DNA of 64,000 bases, taken from NCBI GenBank assembly GCA_051294375.1, contig CM119268.1, forward strand, positions 6,329,525 to 6,393,524, written 5' to 3'. The notes below the pieces were generated by a model, which had not been told where the DNA came from, did not search any database, and was given only the letters and a program-made list of their open reading frames with translations. The translations under genes were made by a program, and so were the position numbers. Of this stretch, positions 1 to 14,316 are shown piece by piece; the first letter of the stretch is position 1; every line of letters starts with the position of its first letter. Source of the DNA: Paraspadella gotoi. Its lineage: Eukaryota; Animalia; Chaetognatha.

Positions 1-1809
1 GATCGTCGTAATAAGTAAGCACGTAATCTAATCCTTTGTCCTGGAACTTCCCGTGCGGCCGGATCACCATGTTGGACATGTATCGGTGAACGCGAACATA
101 CTTTTTCCTGTGGGTGCGACGAATTATATTCGGTGGTAACTTCCCAATTTACTCCCCTTAGACGTACGATATCGGCTCCTTGGGATGTTCCACCCCTTTC
201 GACATGAGGACAGCGACGTTGTTCTCGCGATCGACGAGGAATCGGCGGACGTAAACGTAGTCTCGTCGACTCATCGGAAACGGATAGTGGGTCACCCAGT
301 GGACCACCTCCGATCCAGAGGCCCTGTCCCGGTCGATCACGTCCAAGGAGACGACGAGCTTGTCCCAAGCTAAAAAGGCAGGGATAGATTTGAAAAGGAA
401 CTATTGACGTGGATTTCATTCTTGAAGACCCCCTTACCCTTGCGGTATTCGAGATCGACTTGGATGAGATAAAATGCAGCGGCGGGGACGTCGTCCCATG
501 TCCCGAAAACCTTGTACTGAAAAAGTTCATCGTCGAAGATTGGGCGGCGCCAAACTTTAAGGTTCGGTTTGTCCATCACCGGCTCCCAACCTAATCGCGA
601 TTTTTAAGAAGATCGCGACTGAAATGGATAAGGCAATCAGCACATTACTTGCCAACCTTCAAGGCATTCTCCTGCAGCCAAGAAAGCCTCCGATGACGAG
701 ACGGCGGCCTGCTGCTGCTGCGCCGCCGATGGCGACGAGTGAACGTCGGTTTGAGAGGAACAGTTGGAATCCTGTGAAACGCCGTGGTTTCCATTGTTAT
801 TGCCATGCAACGAGATGACTCCGGCGTTGAGAACGTCGTCCTCTGGGGAGTGCGGCCGTGACGGCTGCTGCCCCGGCTGCTGCGTGGACGTCGCCTCTCT
901 CGACCTGCGCTCCATTCGACAGCGGGAGTCGAGGATGAGCTTAATGTTTTCCAGTTGGTGAACATCGTTCACGCAGTGAATCATGTCGTCATCGGAGATG
1001 CCGTCTTTGGCCCAGTGAAATAGACAGGCCGAGAGCATCGTTCCGCCAGCTGATCGAATCCCTAAGGGGGAAAGGTTTTGGGGAAAGGTTTAAGGAAAAC
1101 CAAATTAAGCCTATAAGAACATCCGTTTAATATCGTGACGAATAATAACTTGACTTAAAAGGAACTCGTCCTATGGGGACTGCCTCACACTCAGTGCTGG
1201 CGTCGCATGTGTCTCGCTCGATTCTATCTATCGAGCTCATTTCCGAGGAGATTACATCAAACTTGAACAATTTTGAAAACTCTTGCTGGCTTTTACTTCA
1301 TGCCAGAGATATTTTGACGAGCTTCTTCACAGCTCTCTAATGAGGGCTATACTTTTTTTCCGTAGAAACATTTCCTTTTCGACGAGTCTATAGCCTTTCC
1401 ATAATAACGTACCTACGACGGCCTCGTCGTCCATGATGGATCGAAACCGCGTGGCGTAACCGCGCATTACTTTTCGGACGGTTTGCTCCGAGTATATTTC
1501 GCGGTAGAGTTGAAGAATTTTGACGAGGCGCCGCACGCGAAGCGCCGCCACGGAGTGGCATTGCAAAGCGATCTCTTGCGAAGTCTGACGCCCACTTTTG
1601 GCGCTCGTTCGACCACGAAGCCAACACGTCAGACGGAAGTCGCGTCTTGGCCCAGCGGGGGAAGCGCGATGGAGACTGAAATTTAAAACTAATGTGTCAA
1701 CTTTCTCTCGTAACGGCTGACAGAAAAATCAATTGTGGCCTCACCATGACGCCTCCAACGAAGAACTGGCGTACGACCTCAGGAACATAACTGATTTCCA
1801 CGCCATCAT
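1..1809 (-). CDS. STARD7: START-domain phosphatidylcholine transfer protein (STARD7/PCTP-like), multi-exon, 3' end beyond window start
   Basis: Exons encode WEPVMDKPNLKVWRRPI..YKVFGTWDDV, EVVHWVTHYPFPMSRRDYVYVRR (START domain) and the N-terminal MQC..VAALRVRRLVKILQLYREIY segment typical of STARD7; GT-AG introns; likely ATG at 1809/1806. Confidence 0.85.
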
Positions 1810-2343
1810 TGACCCCGTCCTTAGCCCCAAGGATGATTAGTTTTAGCTAATTCTAGTCCGACGCTCATATTTTACATAATTTCAAAAAGGCTTAACAACT
1901 AAAAATCAAAGTTAATAATGAAATAATTAAATTCGGCTAATTTTTTTCTGGTTTTTTGTTTGGTTTTGTGTTTTTTTTTTAAACAAGAGGAAAAGATCGA
2001 GGCGGAGAAAAAAAAAGAAAATTGTAGTAACTCGAACGGAAACGCGACACCAGAAATAACTAATCATGTTAGAAGAATACGTACAAAAACAAAACTCTGG
2101 ATAAAACAGAAACTGGAGAATCGAAAATGAAAAAAAAACTTAGTTCGAATAAATAAAAGTGATAAAAAAAATAATTATTCGATGAATGAGGGTATCGCCG
2201 GAATCGAAGCTGCAAGGGCGATATGAAAGGGGGGGGGAGTTGCGTAACGAGTCTTTTGCATTAGCGGAATAGTTGCGTCTCTCCTGAAAGGGATCGAGGG
2301 TAAAGAGGGAGAGCGAGATCTTATGAAGCGACGACGGAGAAAT

Positions 2344-5300
2344 TCAGGAGGTGACCAGCACTCGTTCGGCCGAAGTCTCGACGCCGAACAAAATATCCGC
2401 TCGCCGCGAGATTAAATACATGAGGATCATGAAGAGCAAGAATTCCGCGAAGCCGACGAGCAGGATCGTCGCTTGTCGTCTGCGACGGTATTCAAATTAT
2501 TTGACTTTAATATTGTTTTAAAAAAATAAACTATCGAAGAAATTAATCGTTCGAAAATACTTACAATACGGACGGAACGAGGAAAATTCTGGCCTTCATG
2601 GTTTTTGGACTCCAAACAGATTCCGTCCAGGCTGCCATGGACTCGCCCAATTCAGGGTCGTACTTATATAGGAAATCTTCGTCGGCAGTTCGTATCGCGG
2701 GAGACAGAGCGGGAGTTAAACCAACGAAGGAAGTGACGCAGGTTCCGTTTCCTCCTGGAAAAATGATTTAGGAAACGCTAACAATGAATTCCAATTATTA
2801 ATAAATATCAAGATCAACAACACTTTTCGACTCCTTTCATTCGAGACCTTTTCCGTCGAGCAGCATCCAGTCATACACTTCGCCGTCGCATTCCTTAATC
2901 TTTCTCGTCGGCTCCAGATCTCCAGTGAATTTAGCGAGAAGGAGACTGATGAAGTAGGGGATGTTGTTTTGTGAGCGGTAGACGCCGACGTAGTAGGAGA
3001 ACAGGAAGGAGTGATCGGAGACTTTGTTTAAGTCACTCGCCACGGATAAAACCTGATTTTGAGGGGGGGGGAAGGTCAACGACCGTTCATCGCACGAGGA
3101 AGCCGTCGTTGACATTTCGTCTTGCCTGCTTGAAGAGAGTGCAGTTGGTGTCGAAGAAAAAGCACTCCACCAGTTCGTCAACAACGTCTGCGTCGGCCTG
3201 GACGTCTTCATCGGCTTCAACACCTGTCGTCAGGTTGACGATGGCACGCGCCGTTGTCGTCGCCACTTTTTGCAAGTTTGCTTAGTTTTGAAAGATTAGG
3301 AAATACTAAATTATTATGGCAACAAAAAAGATATATATTATGAATCTCAAAAGAACTACTCACCGACCAGAGCAGTTCGATACTCTGGCGTTGATTCAGG
3401 CAGATCCAAAAAACTATTATAGACTTTGTTGGTGAAATACTCCTGCAAAATAAATATACAAATATTTATTTCATAATGCGAATCCAGTAATGACCGCCAC
3501 TAACCTCGTGCTCAGCAAAGACGACACCCGAAAAATCTTTTTTCAGTTTCGTTGAAGCTTTAAGAAACTGGTGCAGCGAGGACGGCGGAAGTTGACCCTA
3601 AATTAATAAGAAAGAGAAAAAGTTTTAACACGACTTCTCTTTCGATGAATGGCTTTACCTTTCGTTTAGTTAGGGCTTACCGTGTTCCGGGTCAGCGTCA
3701 GATTAACGCTCTTCGCTGCGGAGTCCAGAGCGTCCATCGCCTCTTTTGTTCCGGTCGTCGCAGTCGCTAAATCGGCGAAAAGGCTCGCTCTAAAAAGGTA
3801 AAAACATAGACATAATCTTACAGAGCACACTCGTACATAATTGTGAAATGATAAATAAAAACCTTTCGTCTTTGATTCGGCCAAGCTGTGACAATTCTAT
3901 GTAGTGAGATACGTCATGTAATTCTACTGGAGCCCAGACGGAACCGTTAACGTCGGGCCACCGCGAGCCCTCCGCGGCGGTCATGTCGTAAAGGACCCGA
4001 GTGGATCCGAGGTAGTCGTACGCCTCTCCAGAGAACAAGGCGAAGATGACGTTTCGTCCCGCCGCACCAATCTGGGATGAAACACGAAAACTGCCAAATC
4101 TCCGCCTCAAATCAATTGAAATGTTATTAATTTCGCACCTTCGCTTCCGCTTTCTTAACGGCGTGGGCAGCGGCGAGCAGAGCCACGATCCCCGACGCCG
4201 GGGAATCTGCGCCAGGATACACGTCCTCAAAAAGGCTAAACGCGTCCATCCTCGCCGTCACCATTACCATCGTGCCTCCGACGGTGGGAACGGGGTGGGG
4301 GTTACGGAGGAAACCGAACACGTTCTTGCTGCCCAACGGATCGCACTAAAAATGAGGGATGAAAATAAAATTTTTACTAATTTCAAACAGAAAATCTAAG
4401 TTCAAAGCACATCGTGATAATATATACGTACATATGAGAATGACTAAAAAACTATGGCAGATGAGCTTATACGTCACCTGCATGTCGTAGCTTCCGGCGG
4501 AGATATCAAGCTTACGACTTCGCCTCAAGCAGCGATTCGTATTGACGCCTGCGAACATGAAGGAGTCGAGTTGAATACTGCACAAAGGATAAGTCTGTTC
4601 CGGCTGATTTTTGGCTTTTTTCGGTGAGTTGTACTTGGTGAAGCATTTGACGATCAAAAGATCGCGTTCGGTTTGATTTCTATTTTGATAGAGGAAAAAA
4701 AAAATCATTTAATTACAAAAATACTTTCAGTTCCCATGTCTAAACTTTATCCTTTCGACGACCTGATGAGAAAGATGGGAAAGGGGAATTCCCTGAAGGA
4801 TAGGCCGGATCCCGGCTGATTCCATCGATCGCAGGAGCTTTCCGGTCGGTCGCCGTAGAGTCCGTATTTCAAATTGGGACACGCGGCATCGGTAGAAAAC
4901 TCGACAGTCTGGTTTACGACTTCTTCGGTGCCGAGCAAGACAATCCCGGAAATGCGACCATTCTCGTGGGCAGTGACGAGTTGCTCCACGGTGGATTTGG
5001 TGAAATGGATCGGGGTCATCACAGGTATGTAGGGAGCCGCCGTGCCTGGTTAATGTTTTTTCATACGAAATTACATGCAATGTTTATCATAAAAGCAGAA
5101 ATGTACTTGGTAATTATTTCTCCGACATGAATTCTCTACCGTAGTATTCATTCAGTTAAAAAATTTAAAAATAAATTAAAATTTATTGAAAAATAATAAG
5201 TAAAATATAAATTTTATTAAAATTACGAGAAGTGATTTTTTTTAAATGAAGTACCCTACCGCAAAGCTGAATATAAAAAAAATTTAATATATTAAAGACT

Positions 5301-5956
5301 AATCTTTTTTCTTCTGATATTTTATATTCCAGAAAGGATAGCTGGATTGCCCAAATCCCTAAATTATGATCTTAAAATTACTAAAATATTTGATGAATGA
5401 CAATTTTATAATTCTGATGCTTTTAGATAAAAATCAATTTTCTTGTTTGGTTTTAGAACTTTCAAATTTAAAAAATCATATATCCTAAATCATTTGACCG
5501 ATTGTAATACAATTTAAATGCATTAATTTTTTTTAATTATTTTTTTAATAATTTTTAAAAATGTCTGGAATTTAAAGTTATAAAGTGGCGCGGTTTTTTT
5601 TTTTGTTTTTTTTTTTTGCACAGGAGTGTATGTTAGAGGGTGATTGTTGTATAAATTGTAAATAATAAAATCGCCATTCTACCCTGTCCCAAACTCGATC
5701 TACCTTTTCTAATAACGAAATCAACGTCGGCGTCGACATTCTCGAAGAAATGAACGACACCGACGTCGCCGTTGGGCGAAGACTGACAACCGACGACGCC
5801 GCCGGCGGAAAGACGCCGGAAGCATCCTTTGGCGTCAACGAGATCCACGTAGATTTTTGCTTTGGTGCGGTCGGCGACCGAGAAGGAGAAACAAAGTATG
5901 AGGAGGAGAACAACGTTCGTTAACCTCAACGAGGAAGACGGAGACACGTTTCTCAT
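2344..5956 (-). CDS. NCSTN: Nicastrin (gamma-secretase subunit), multi-exon
   Basis: Signal peptide then KIYVDL..CFRRL...VGCQS; VMVTARMDAFSLFEDVYPGADSPASGIVALLAAA; FALFSGEAYDYLGSTRVLYDM (DYIGS-like); WTESVW..ARIFL, a single TM helix and short tail ending ADILFG...VTS*. Confidence 0.93.
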
Positions 5957-6226
5957 CGTCGATAATTGAGCGGAAGTTGCCAGTTGACAATAAACTCCGG
6001 GAACTTGATATTTTTTTTTCAGTGCGTCAGATTAACTATTTAAAGAGTCTCTTCAAGCTACATTACAACGAAGAATTTAAATTTTTTTTCCCTTCTAGCA
6101 TCGTTTTTCACAAGTACTTGGTACTTAGTCTTAGAGCACAATCTGGTACAAAGAAAATCGTATAAAGCAAATTATTAGATCCCTTATACAAAAAAATACG
6201 CGGCCGCATCATCAGTCATACACGTC

Positions 6227-7422
6227 TTATGTGTACAAGGCGTTCTTATTCGATTGTTTGTCCGCCCAAGCGGCGAGATCCCTTGTCATTTGCGGATTAG
6301 TCTCGTAAGCGCCTTCGAGTCCGAAGGCGACGCGTCCCAAGCGCAAGAGCTGCGCGAAGGAGGCAGCGGCCGCGGCGTCAAGCGGAGCCGGGGCGAAGGC
6401 GACGAAAGCGGCGGCCGGCGGATGTCGAGCGATTTCGCAGGCGGTGAGGAGCTGGGCGACGGCGCCGGTCACCAGATTTGGAGGCTCGAGCCGGGGAATG
6501 GGGCATGACTGTGACGAAGGGAAACAATGCTAGATCACTTATTGTTTAAAACGGTAATCAATAATTTTTTGTCTTACTTTCATTTCTGGGTAAGCGGCTG
6601 AAGTGGCGAGCGAACGGAGGTAAGGCGGATCCCCAGCCGAAGTTTCTGCGAGGTAGTGAACCGCGTTGATGCAGCTCAATGTCACCACCTAATAAAATGT
6701 GAGTAAAATGAGTGTAAATTTAATGTAAATTTAATGAGTCCCATTTAATGGCAATTAAATGGGACGCTAAGTCTAAAACAGTAAACAACTTCACAAAGGA
6801 ACCGGCTGAGTATTTAATTAATCTACTTATTTAATTAATCCTAATAACAAATAATGATAATTTAATGACATTGATGTAAAAACCGGCAGAAAAGTTAGCC
6901 AGACCTTAGCATCGTCGGTGAACTCGAGGCGAGAGAATAAAAGGCGCTGCCAAGACGAGAGCTGAGAGGGTAAGAGGGAGGCGGTGACGCGAGCCACGAC
7001 GACGGATGGGGACACGGGCAGTCGGTGTATGGTGCACGATGTTGAAGGCGAAAGCGACTTGGGCGGAAAGCGACCATCGGACTGCGAAAAGATACGGGTA
7101 AAAAGAGGCAACAAATATTTTGTCAATTTCCTTAACGACGCACCTCGGCAAAACCGGCGTTGATGATCGCCACTGTCTCGGCGTCCCGTCGCCACAGCAA
7201 GGCCGCATCGACGAAGGCTACGGCGGCTTCGCCGACAGCCACCACCAAAAGACCACAAGAGACTTGAGAGTGGCCGAGAACTGGATTCAACAACAACTCG
7301 CACTCCTTGGCCGGTGGAGCGGAAAAACCGGCGAGATCGTCGTCGTCCTCGTTTTCGCTGTCGTCGTCGTCGTCAACGGCTCGAGATGAGACCGGCAAAA
7401 TCTCGCCCCAAAATGAGGCCAT
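6227..7422 (-). CDS. PSMG1: Proteasome assembly chaperone 1 (PAC1), multi-exon
   Basis: N-terminus MASFWGEILPVSSRAVDDDD (cf. FFGEV..CRAG plus acidic run), LVVAVGEAAVAFV, PRLEPPNLVTG.VAQLLT.C and C-terminal NALYT (cf. NIYT). Confidence 0.85.
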
Positions 7423-7798
7423 GGTATTATACACTCTTGAAACTAAAGTTAGATTCCGATATTTATAAATTAATGCAAATACGGTTGTGTAAAGATTATT
7501 ATAAAAATTAATGAAGCAGTGATTCGAGTGGAAAGTAACTAATCAACTTTTTTTTAATCTACATAAAAATAAATTAGCGAGCTTTTCGTATTCAATTTTC
7601 TCACGAGGTAAAGTGCAAAAACAAATAATCTTAGCAAATCTTTAAGATTTCGTAAGTTAGGAATTTAAAATCCTGCCGGGCAAACTGTGGTGATGACGAA
7701 GAGTATCAAAGACTAGATATACTTTTATATAACGATTTACAAAGTATTAAATCTAATAAATCCACGAAATTCATTAACTAAAAAAAAAATAATATTTT

Positions 7799-9669
7799 TC
7801 AATTTTCATCGATTTCTCTTAGATAAACTCTTTGCATGACGGGCAAGAGAAGCTTGAAGGCACTCTCGAGAGAGTCGGCGGCGCGGGATGATTCGAGGAA
7901 GGCGTCCGTCATAAGTTGGTTCACCTCGATCGATGATTCCGTCGCTTCTATAACCGTAAGCGTCTGGGAAATTCGAATACGTAGAGATTTTATTTACCAA
8001 CTTTTTTCCACAGTTTTTGCTCGTTCAAAAATGATTTACCTGAGCAAAGGCGGCGGCGACGGCATCGCAATCGGCCTTGGCAATCTTCTCCACGGCAACC
8101 AAATGATTGATCCTTTCGAGGAATCCGTCGAGGTTCTTCGATCGCTCGCGGCCACCCGCTTCCGCTTCCATCAACGCCATCTCGCCCACCTTGTGAAACA
8201 TTTCTACGTTTCGCGCGGCGAGCGAGGCGAGGTGGCGAATGCAGTCGCGATGAGCGTCTTTGGCCGAAGGTGACGTCGACTTCGAGTTAGTTTCTTCGGC
8301 ACCGGACGCGGTCTTGTCCCTCGACGCGGCGTCTGCCATCTTCGTCGCTGCAGAGATGGCCTCGCTACGAGCTTCGATCAATTTGTTCGGGGAAAACGCG
8401 ACCCCGAATTTTCCGAGGTGATTGACGAGCACCTCGGCTGCGACGTCAACACCGGGCGACGATGTCGAAGGTTCATCGTCGTCCTCGTCATGTAGAAAAA
8501 TGTCTTTAATAGCGACGAGGCTGGAGTCCAGATCGGCATCCGGTCGATCGGAAAGAACGTCGACGATTTCGCGCTCGATGCGAGAGTGAAGAAGCTCCAG
8601 CGCCTCAACGTGAACCATTCCCTGTAAGGAGGAAAGAGAGAGAGATCGACCTTGCGTAAAATCAAAACGGTCCAGTTTCTACGACCAGCGTACCTCATAT
8701 TCATCGAACCAGTGCTCGAAGGTATCTCGCTTTCCCTTTAGAGCCTCGTCGGCCGCGGCCTCCTCCAGCTCCTTCGTTCGCCTACCCTCGCGCAAAAGCT
8801 TCGAAAGGGTGGGACCGCGGCGGCGATCCTCAAAGATCGTTCGAGTTCTTTCGAACTGAGGGTCTGATTCCTAAAAAGAAAATACGAATACTTAATCAGG
8901 AACGATATCATCGTATATTTTGATAGGTTGTACTCACCTTCAGCACATCCATCGTCTTTCTCCCGACTCGCTCTAACACGTTCAAACTACCCTCGACTAA
9001 TCCCGAGACGCCAAGCGAGAATCCGACGCCAGTAATGGAAGACGCGGAAGAAAAAATACCGGAGGCGAAAGAAGCGATCCCGGAGTCGTCAACGATCGGT
9101 TTGTTTTGGGCAACTTCCCGAGGACAAGTAGCGTCTTCGACGGGCGACGATCGAGCGCTGACCATTGCGGGCTGCGCCTCCACCACTGGCGGAGTATCGA
9201 TACTCGCTTCCGGAGCATCTGATTCGTCTTCTCCCATTTTCGCGCCGTCGGCGAGCACGTTAAGTCCCTCTGCTACTTCCGTTGACAACTGGGAGATGGA
9301 ATGGGAGGCCGTGGAAAGGATGGACGCGCCCCAGGTGGACCAGGACGATCCCCATCCAGACGCGGGTTGTGAGGGGACGGCGGTTGGTGAAGCTTTGAGG
9401 GGTATTTCGGGGGCGGATGTCGAAGGTGGAATGGGAGCAGTATCAGATTCGGACTCTGCGACCTCGGCTGCATCGAGAATAGAGGGCAAAGCCACTTCAA
9501 TAATATTTTCGGCGGCGACGGTTCGTGTTTTCACGGAATCTTTGGTTTCAACGTCGCCTTCACCTTCGATCACGGCGAAGGTTTTAGAGGTCAACGGAGA
9601 AGGGATTTCATCTTCGTCGGCGCTTTCAAAGGCCTCGTCGCCATCGTCGTCGCTATCGTGCGTCGACAT
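7799..9669 (-). CDS. FAM114A2: FAM114A/Noxp20 family protein, multi-exon
   Basis: FESADE N-terminal motif, GWGSSWSTWGASILS (WG motif), GSLNVLERVGRKTMDVL, HVEALELL, and last exon LMTDAFLESSRAADSLESAFKLLLPVMQ. Confidence 0.85.
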
Positions 9670-10073
9670 CGTCGCATTTAAAGTTATTAAAGAAAGTTAT
9701 ATTTGTTATAAGTAGTATCTGCAAACAATGAATTATATTTATTAGATAAAAATATTTTTATTACATAACGGATAAATTAAACATTTGAGAAACTCAGCCA
9801 ACAAAGCTACAAATTAAAAAAAAAATGAAAGCGGCTCAATCGTACGGCTTCGGAAATGTTATAACGGGGATAAATTAAACGATGGGCCAGACTAGGAACG
9901 GCACTTTGAAATGACACGTTTGGAACAGGCGAAAAAACCCCAACTTGGCACCTTGCCTCGCATAGCCGAAGTCAACACGAGAAACGAGTTTTTCCAACAC
10001 AGTGAGAGATAGTAATGAACGCGAGATGGAATGTGGACGAATGAACGAAGAATGCGTGGAGTAGGGGTAGATG

Positions 10074-13000
10074 TCAAGGATCGATAACAATAGGCTGCGG
10101 GTCCTCCTGCGACTTGGGTGACTTGGCCTCGAATTGCGGGGCTGGCACCATGACCCGCGCGAGGAGATCTGGTTTTTCAAAGGATTTGAGATCAAAGATG
10201 ATCACGTCGCGACGCTTTCTCGCGGAGGTGAAGGCGAACTGTTTGCGTAACTCGGCGAGACCCGCGGGCGAGGTTCCGGCTAAGATCGTGAACCGAATGG
10301 AAGCATCGAGGAGAACGTCGAGGCGACCTGGGAAATTCATTCGGAAAAAGGAGAAAATCTTAGTTTTAAAATTTACCAATTTTCTTCCATCTCTCCCTCA
10401 GAAAAAAAAAACTGTTTCCCTTTACCGGCTTGATAGCACAGGCTAAGATCGGCGCCCCGATGAGTTACCACCGGCTCCTGGTGAAACATGAGTCTCTCCC
10501 GGCGTAGGAGGCCGTCGAAGGCGGGAGCCTCCCTGAGAGCGGAAGGAACGGCGGTGACGGCGCCGCCCGTGCCGCTACGGAAGGCGTAGACAAACGTGGC
10601 GCCGGGAAAGGCCCCTTCGGGAAGGGAGCAAAAAAACTCTGCGCCCCAGGCATTCAAGTCGACGAAAATGAGGTGACCCACGCGGGCAGCGGCGAGTTTA
10701 GATTCTGGTGACGGAAGGGGCCCGAGATTATGACGGGGACAGGCGGACGATTGGACGGGAGAGGGAGTGAGAGAGGCAGAGCCCGAGTCGTCGCTGAGTC
10801 TCAGGCGTTTTAGGTTTTGATCGTTAAAAAATGAATCCAAGAATCCGTCGCCGCCGCCGTCACCGGGACAGCGACAACCAACGACCACTCCCGATCTCTC
10901 GTGGCTCTTCCGCTTTCGGGCATTTGCGACGGTGAAATGATGGGGATGTTGCTGAGGCTGTTGATGTGACTGATGATGATGAGGGGCGTCGACGGGAGTA
11001 TGAGCCGAGGTCGAGTTGAAGAGGATCACGTCATTGGACATGTTCTGAAACGAAGAGAGAAGAGAAAGTTGCAAAGGCTAAGGCCTCACAGCCAATGCAT
11101 CCCAACTTACCAAGTCCTCCTCCTCGACGCTTCCCACCATCATGTCAAGGGGACATTTGGTGATCATCCAATTTCCGATGGACTCGACGCTGCGCTTCCA
11201 CTTCCGCTGATGCATGGTGACGGCTGTGGATGAGCGGCGCGAGTCGCTGGGTCCGTCCATGCCGAGAATCTCGATAGAGTGATCACCGTCGGGGGGCGGC
11301 GGAGTCGCTGCTGTTCGGTTGAAATAATTAAGAATAAAATTTCCTTACTTAGAAATAGTATTAGAAATTTAAATTTATAAATAGAAAAAGAAAGAGAAAA
11401 TACACTAATGCAATAATTATAAAAAATAAATAATCATTCTACCGATGAGATAATAAAATAATACTGACCTTTGACTCTGTCAACGATTTTTCTGACCGCT
11501 TCTTCCCGCTTCTCTTTCGTCGCGGTTTCCTCGTCTTCTTCGTCGTCTTCAATGACCACGACGTCTTCCCTCTCCGCTTCGCCCTTCCTCCTCTTCTGAT
11601 GGATCTTTCCGACGGTTCGCTCCTCTTCCTTGCTCCCTCCCTTCTCCCTCGACCTTCGCTCGCGTTGAGGCGCAGCTTCGTTGGACTTCAAAAAAATTCC
11701 CGTCGAGCGAAGACGATGACTCCGTTCACGTCGTCGAGCCCCGATTCCGTCGGAAGTGGCGCTCCGAGGCGAAAGGCGTTGGAGGCTTTCGGCGCCGGCT
11801 TTGGCCTTTTCGATCTGAAAATCCCCGTCGTCTCGGAAGGCTTCGGTCTTTTCTCGATTGGGCGATCGAATCAGCTCTCGCTCGCTTCGCGGTGAATCTT
11901 CCTTCTTTCCCTTGCACAATCCAGATTTAAATTCTGGATTCGAGTTTCGCTTCCCCGTGTCTTCGGTCGACTTCGGAGAGCAATTCAAGGGCGGGCTGGT
12001 CGAGGATGGACGGGTGAGACTCGCTTCGAGCGACTTTACCTGAAGATTGTTACGTTTAAAAAACAAATTACGCAATATAAAGATATATATATTCATTATT
12101 CATTAGTCTTTTTTACTCACCTCGCGAGAACCTAAGATATCAGAGCCGGGAGTAGAATTATCCAGTCCAGAAATCAAGGGCTTGGTTCGTCGCCTCGCGG
12201 AAATTCCGCCCTGGGTTTGCGGCGAAGTCGGATCAGAAACGGACGGAGATGAGAGGCGCGACGATCGGGGTTCGAAGATGTCGACGGAGGCTTCTTCCTC
12301 AACGGAGAGATCGATTAAAACCGTCTCGACCCGACCTAAAGAATATCACAGCAAAACTAGAGCATTTTTAAAGAGTATGTAAAAAAATAACAAAACCCTT
12401 TAAAAACTAAAGTCAGTAAATTCACCTTTCCCCTCGAGTTGATCGGGCGACCCGGATGGTTTCCGCGTCAAAGGATGCTCCTCGTCCGCTGTTTTTCGTG
12501 AGGTCTGAACGTCGCCTTCTTTGGGAGGTTTGACGTCGACGATCTCGGCCACTTCGTCGCCCTCAGCGTCTTCTTGGGTTTCACGAGGTCGACGGGGGCC
12601 TCCGGAGTGAGCGCCCTCGACCTCCGCCTCAGGTCTACCGTTATACTTTCCCCTACCTCGATCAGTCGTAGATGAGGATTTGTGGTCGCGATCTGCCCCG
12701 TCGACGAGCGCGACGGAGCGAAAGCGTTTGGCTGCGCGAATTGGGACGGGCGGAGAGGCCTTACCGAGATGGATTCGAGAAGGGGAGACGGAGACTTTTT
12801 CCCGGTTTTTAGTCGGAGAGGAAGAAGATTTAGGCCCGCTTCGTAATGGGGAAGTGGGGACCCCGTTGTTTCTCAAAGCAGACGATTTAACGCGACTTCG
12901 AAATGGCGAAGATGCGGGAGAACCTCTTCTTCGGTTTTTAGTCGGCGAACCGGCGACGCCGTTTTTTCTAGCCGAGGAGGGGGACGCGTCGGGATTCCGA

Positions 13001-13446
13001 CAAGCCAAAGAGGGGGATCGTTTTCTATAAGGCGAAGAGACTTTGCGGCAGGTCGGCGGGGATGATTCTCTCGACGTGGGGACGGCTTGGGTTTTAGAAG
13101 AGGACCGGGTGGGATATTTGGAGCGGTGTGTGGAAGATAGCGGACAGGCGCCTCGATTGATAAGGATATAGTCAATATGTTTGCATAAAGGATGACGATG
13201 ATTGACAATGCAATAATGCTTTGTCAAATGTGAAGAAGAGCACCAACCTGCGACGATTCTGTCCTGATCAACGTCCACTTCCACGAGAAATGATACAGGT
13301 AATGACTGTTTCGATGACAATGATCGACGCCGGCTGGAACTGATCCCGAAAAAAAAGTAACGTTCTAGCACTGCTTCAGTGCTACAGTATTTTCCCAAAC
13401 TAACTCACCTGCGTTGAAGACTTATTTTTTCCGACCCTAGACTCAT
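10074..13446 (-). CDS. Protein with long disordered S/P/R-rich region, several SUMO-interacting-motif candidates and a C-terminal ZNF451-type PIN-like domain
   Basis: HLIFVDLNAWGAEFFCSLP...TFVYAF...GADLSLCYQAGRLDVLLDASIRFTILAG..GLAELRKQF aligns by eye with the ZNF451 C-terminal PIN-like domain (IVFVDFDNW..FF..LP..TFIWGF..AADFAICMHAGRLDEQLP..IPFTILSGD.GF.EL..QF). 5' exon structure approximate. Confidence 0.7.
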
Positions 13447-14316
13447 ATTCGACCGAAAAAAAAATGGTGGATTGAGAAGCCACGACGATGACGACGGAGG
13501 CGTCCGGCGGGAAGGGGAACGGGTAAAGGAGAGGGGATCAAGGCGAGGGGAAGGGAAGCGAGGAAGGTGCAAATGGAAGTAGTTGGAAGCTGTCAAAGAA
13601 TCAACGGAAAAAAATAATGAGGGGATAAATTTACGTACAAAAAATACGGAACTCAAAAATAAGAAACAAATTTAAAAATTATAAAGGAAAAATATGGATC
13701 CGCACAGAAAAATATTAAAATCCAGTTTTCTTTCTGGAAAGATCAGCACTAAATTAGAAATCGATTCGTTAGATTACGAATAACGTATGGTAAGTTGATT
13801 AAGTTTAACTTCCAAACAAAGTTACGCGGCAATTCAGAGAATAAAAATGATTCGGCTGAAACCTAAAAAAGAATCAACAAAAATATTTTAGGCAAGTTCA
13901 AACATTAACACTAGTCGGAAAAACCCATTAACAATTATTAAAAGCGAAAAGATATTATCATGGCACTAAGGCGTATTTTAAATAAATGAGTGTTGACTAA
14001 ATTTGACCTCCATAATTTGTATTCTATTTAGTACGTATCTCCAACCAATATATCAATTGTTTTTTTTTTATTTAAAAAAAAAAAATTATTAACAGCTATT
14101 TGAAAATTCGGAAAGCATCTGTCAATCAAAATAAACTCAAGTCTTAGAGACGAGAGGTTTTTTTTAACCTCATCAATCTCGTCATAACCAGAAATGACAA
14201 AAATATACTTAATGAGAAGTAGATACGTTGACAATAAATAGAAAATGACTAGAACTTGATTGGTGCGAACATTTAGGGATGATTAAGCGTCGATAAACTA
14301 GAGTTGGGAATTTAAT

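Noticed and set aside
1150-1260. Possible hammerhead ribozyme in STARD7 intron (gtcc-ccata-ggac-gag on minus strand)
   Set aside because: Stem II-like hairpin is present but the CUGANGA and GAAA core is missing; an Rfam scan would settle it.
6738-6765. Perfect 12-bp hairpin gtcccatttaat-ggca-attaaatgggac in PSMG1 intron
   Set aside because: Isolated and single-copy in this window; probably a repeat remnant, no function supportable.
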